18,545 nt of DNA. Source: Pseudobdellovibrionaceae bacterium (lineage in GTDB: Bacteria > Bdellovibrionota > Bdellovibrionia > Bdellovibrionales > Bdellovibrionaceae). Positions 17,076-18,545 of this stretch are shown piece by piece (position 1 is the first letter of the stretch; every line of letters begins with the position of its first letter). The notes beneath the pieces were generated by a model. That model ran no database searches. It had not been told where the DNA came from and was given only the letters and a program-made list of their open reading frames with translations. The translations under genes and the position numbers were made by a program. The stretch spans positions 1-18,545 of the forward strand of contig JBDHWW010000056.1 of the NCBI GenBank assembly GCA_039810425.1, in the 5' to 3' direction.

Positions 17076-17684
17076 ATGAAGATACTATCGTCTGTTCTTT
17101 CTGTGCTATTTGTTGCGGGGGGTCTAACGGCTCAAGCACAAGCAGGTCTTAAACTTGGTCAGCCTGCTTACGGGGGGACCGGATGTCCTGCCGGAAGTGC
17201 TAGTGTAACCTTGAGCCCAGATGAAACGGCGCTCAGTATTCTTTTCGATTCGTACTTGGCGGAAGCCGGTTCGGCAACCGGAAGAACAGTGGATCGTAAG
17301 TCGTGTAACATCTCGATTCCGGTTCAAGTCCCGAGCGGTTACAGTGTTTCAATTTTCCAAGTGGACTATCGCGGCTTCAACTTGATTCCGGCAGCTGGTG
17401 CCTACACGCGCATGGACACGGAGTACTTTTGGGCTGGATCTCGCGGTCCTCGCTTTGCCCGTGTGTACTCTGGTCCTACAGCTGACAACTATACTTTGTC
17501 TGACGGTCTCGTGGCACAAACTATGGTTTGGACTCCGTGCGGAGCTAGTGTGAATCTTCGCGTGAATAGTTCGATCATGGCGCAAACAAACCGTCAGCAG
17601 CAACAAACTATGATCACGGTCGACTCGGCCGACTTGACATCGGGTTTGGTGTACCACTTGCAATGGCGCCGTTGCGGCCCATAG
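17076..17684 (+). CDS. Secreted DUF4360-family protein
   Basis: Start reassigned to the ATG at 17076 (SD AAGGGGGA). Signal peptide ending AQA. Motifs YGGTGCPAGS...S.D...LSILFD.Y, RKSCNI...VP.G......DYRG and WTPCG are characteristic of DUF4360. Confidence 0.85.
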   Translation: MKILSSVLSVLFVAGGLTAQAQAGLKLGQPAYGGTGCPAGSASVTLSPDETALSILFDSYLAEAGSATGRTVDRKSCNISIPVQVPSGYSVSIFQVDYRGFNLIPAAGAYTRMDTEYFWAGSRGPRFARVYSGPTADNYTLSDGLVAQTMVWTPCGASVNLRVNSSIMAQTNRQQQQTMITVDSADLTSGLVYHLQWRRCGP

Positions 17685-17755
17685 CGGCTCGTGATGACAG
17701 CGCCGCTGCGGCCTCTCTTATGAAAATTTAAAGCGGAAGGGAGTCTCGCTGCTTT

Positions 17756-18472
17756 CTAGTCCTTAGCGGCGAGACGTTCCAGAGAAGACGCTCTCTCCGT
17801 GAGATTTTCACTGAGAACCTTCTTCTGCTTTTCGTTCATGGATTTGATAAGACTGTAGATGAATTTTTCAAGTCCCGCTTGATAAATCACTAAAGCCTTT
17901 TGATAGTCAGGGTCCGCATATTGATACTTGTTATGGGAGTAGTTGCGGACGAAGTTTTTGAGGCTCTCAGGAGATTTTCGAGCTTCATGAAATTTCTCAA
18001 GGACATAGTTTTTATTTTTTACGAGTGCTAATGCGGGGAAAGGGTTTTCATCCAAATGTTGGTTCAAAAGCTGGTCTTGTCCTTTCGACAGAGAATCAAT
18101 CCACATTTCCACCCAACGAAGATATTTCTTACGGGTTTCATTACGGGTCTTCTTGCCGTTTTGAATCTTCTTTTCATCCTCTACGTTATTTTTTCGCAGG
18201 ATTCGTTCAAAATGTTCTAGCTGAGCCGGGGTCGCCGTTGAGATAAACTGAACGGCGGTATCCGCAAAGTACGGCTGGATCTTTTTGCTGGTATCCAGAG
18301 TTTTATCAAAATATTCATGGAAGGAGGCTTCATTGAGAGTGTCTTCGTGAAGATCTTTTTCAAAGCTCCGGAGTTCCGCCGCCCACTTGGGAAACTGTTC
18401 CTTGCGGATCTTATTAATATCTTTCTTCAGTGATTCCTTGAGCTCTTTTCTTTGCGTGGACTTAATATCAAA
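17756..18472 (-). pseudogene. 5'-truncated DUF6279-like (lipoprotein-family) gene
   Basis: Hand translation shows the frame open well upstream of the listed GTG (18112), up to a TAA at 18497-18499, with no ATG/GTG/TTG in that stretch: FDIKSTQRKELKESLKKDINKIRKEQFPKWAAELR...ISTATPAQLEHF...RKKYLRWVEMWIDSLSKGQ. This matches my recollection of the DUF6279 pattern (YFDL...Q; L...Q...F; W.G.L...Q), but the signal peptide, lipobox and first helices are absent. Confidence 0.65.
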
Positions 18473-18496
18473 ACCTCCATATCCACATGCCTGGCG

Positions 18497-18545
18497 TTAT
18501 GACTTTCGCGATTTGACGACTTCGTAGGTGCTGGGAGCGGTTTTG
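18497..18545 (-). CDS. Probable 3' end of an upstream gene (partial, runs off the window)
   Basis: Minus strand reads ...KTAPSTYEVVKSRKS* ending at TAA 18499-18497, followed by a short spacer containing GGAGG. Confidence 0.35.
   Translation of the reverse strand, partial: KTAPSTYEVVKSRKS

Noticed and set aside
17685..17755. Overlapping mini-palindromes (CAGCG-C-CGCTG, GCCGC-T-GCGGC), a weak AAAGCGG/CTGCTTT stem, and loose similarity to 621-663 (gctgcg..gcc...tttaaa.cgga..gagtc) as a possible REP copy
   Set aside because: The matches are short and gapped and could arise by chance, and the stem is too weak to call a terminator.
1..18545. CRISPR array, tRNA, rRNA or prophage genes
   Set aside because: No regularly spaced repeats, cloverleaf motifs or phage hallmark genes were seen.

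Overview
The window looks like chromosomal DNA from a Bdellovibrio-like bacterium (Bdellovibrionota). This is inferred from the gene families, a YQNC-type lipoprotein leader and the promoter types. Gene order: a lone HUH/Y1 (TnpA/RAYT-like) transposase (+); a predicted lipoprotein whose C-terminal domain resembles the FrpC/ApxIVA self-processing module but has Ser-Pro where FrpC has Asp-Pro (-, sigma54-type promoter); a long secreted coiled-coil/SH3-like protein and a PilZ protein (+, sigma28-type promoter); an AT-rich, probably decayed ORF; uppP-mscS (-); an S8 subtilisin with Ig-like, Pro-rich and 4-Cys tail (+); a bacterial alpha-2-macroglobulin with an intact CWEQ thioester motif coupled to pbpC (+); a secreted DUF4360 protein (+, sigma54-type promoter); and a DUF6279-like gene (-) that has no N-terminus or canonical start codon and is joined to an apparently foreign RBS. 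No rRNA, tRNA or CRISPR array was seen. The leads most worth following are the SPM-like lipoprotein, the headless gene at the right end, the sigma28 coiled-coil/PilZ pair and the lone Y1 transposase with its flanking hairpins. All family calls come from motif recognition by eye, not from database searches.
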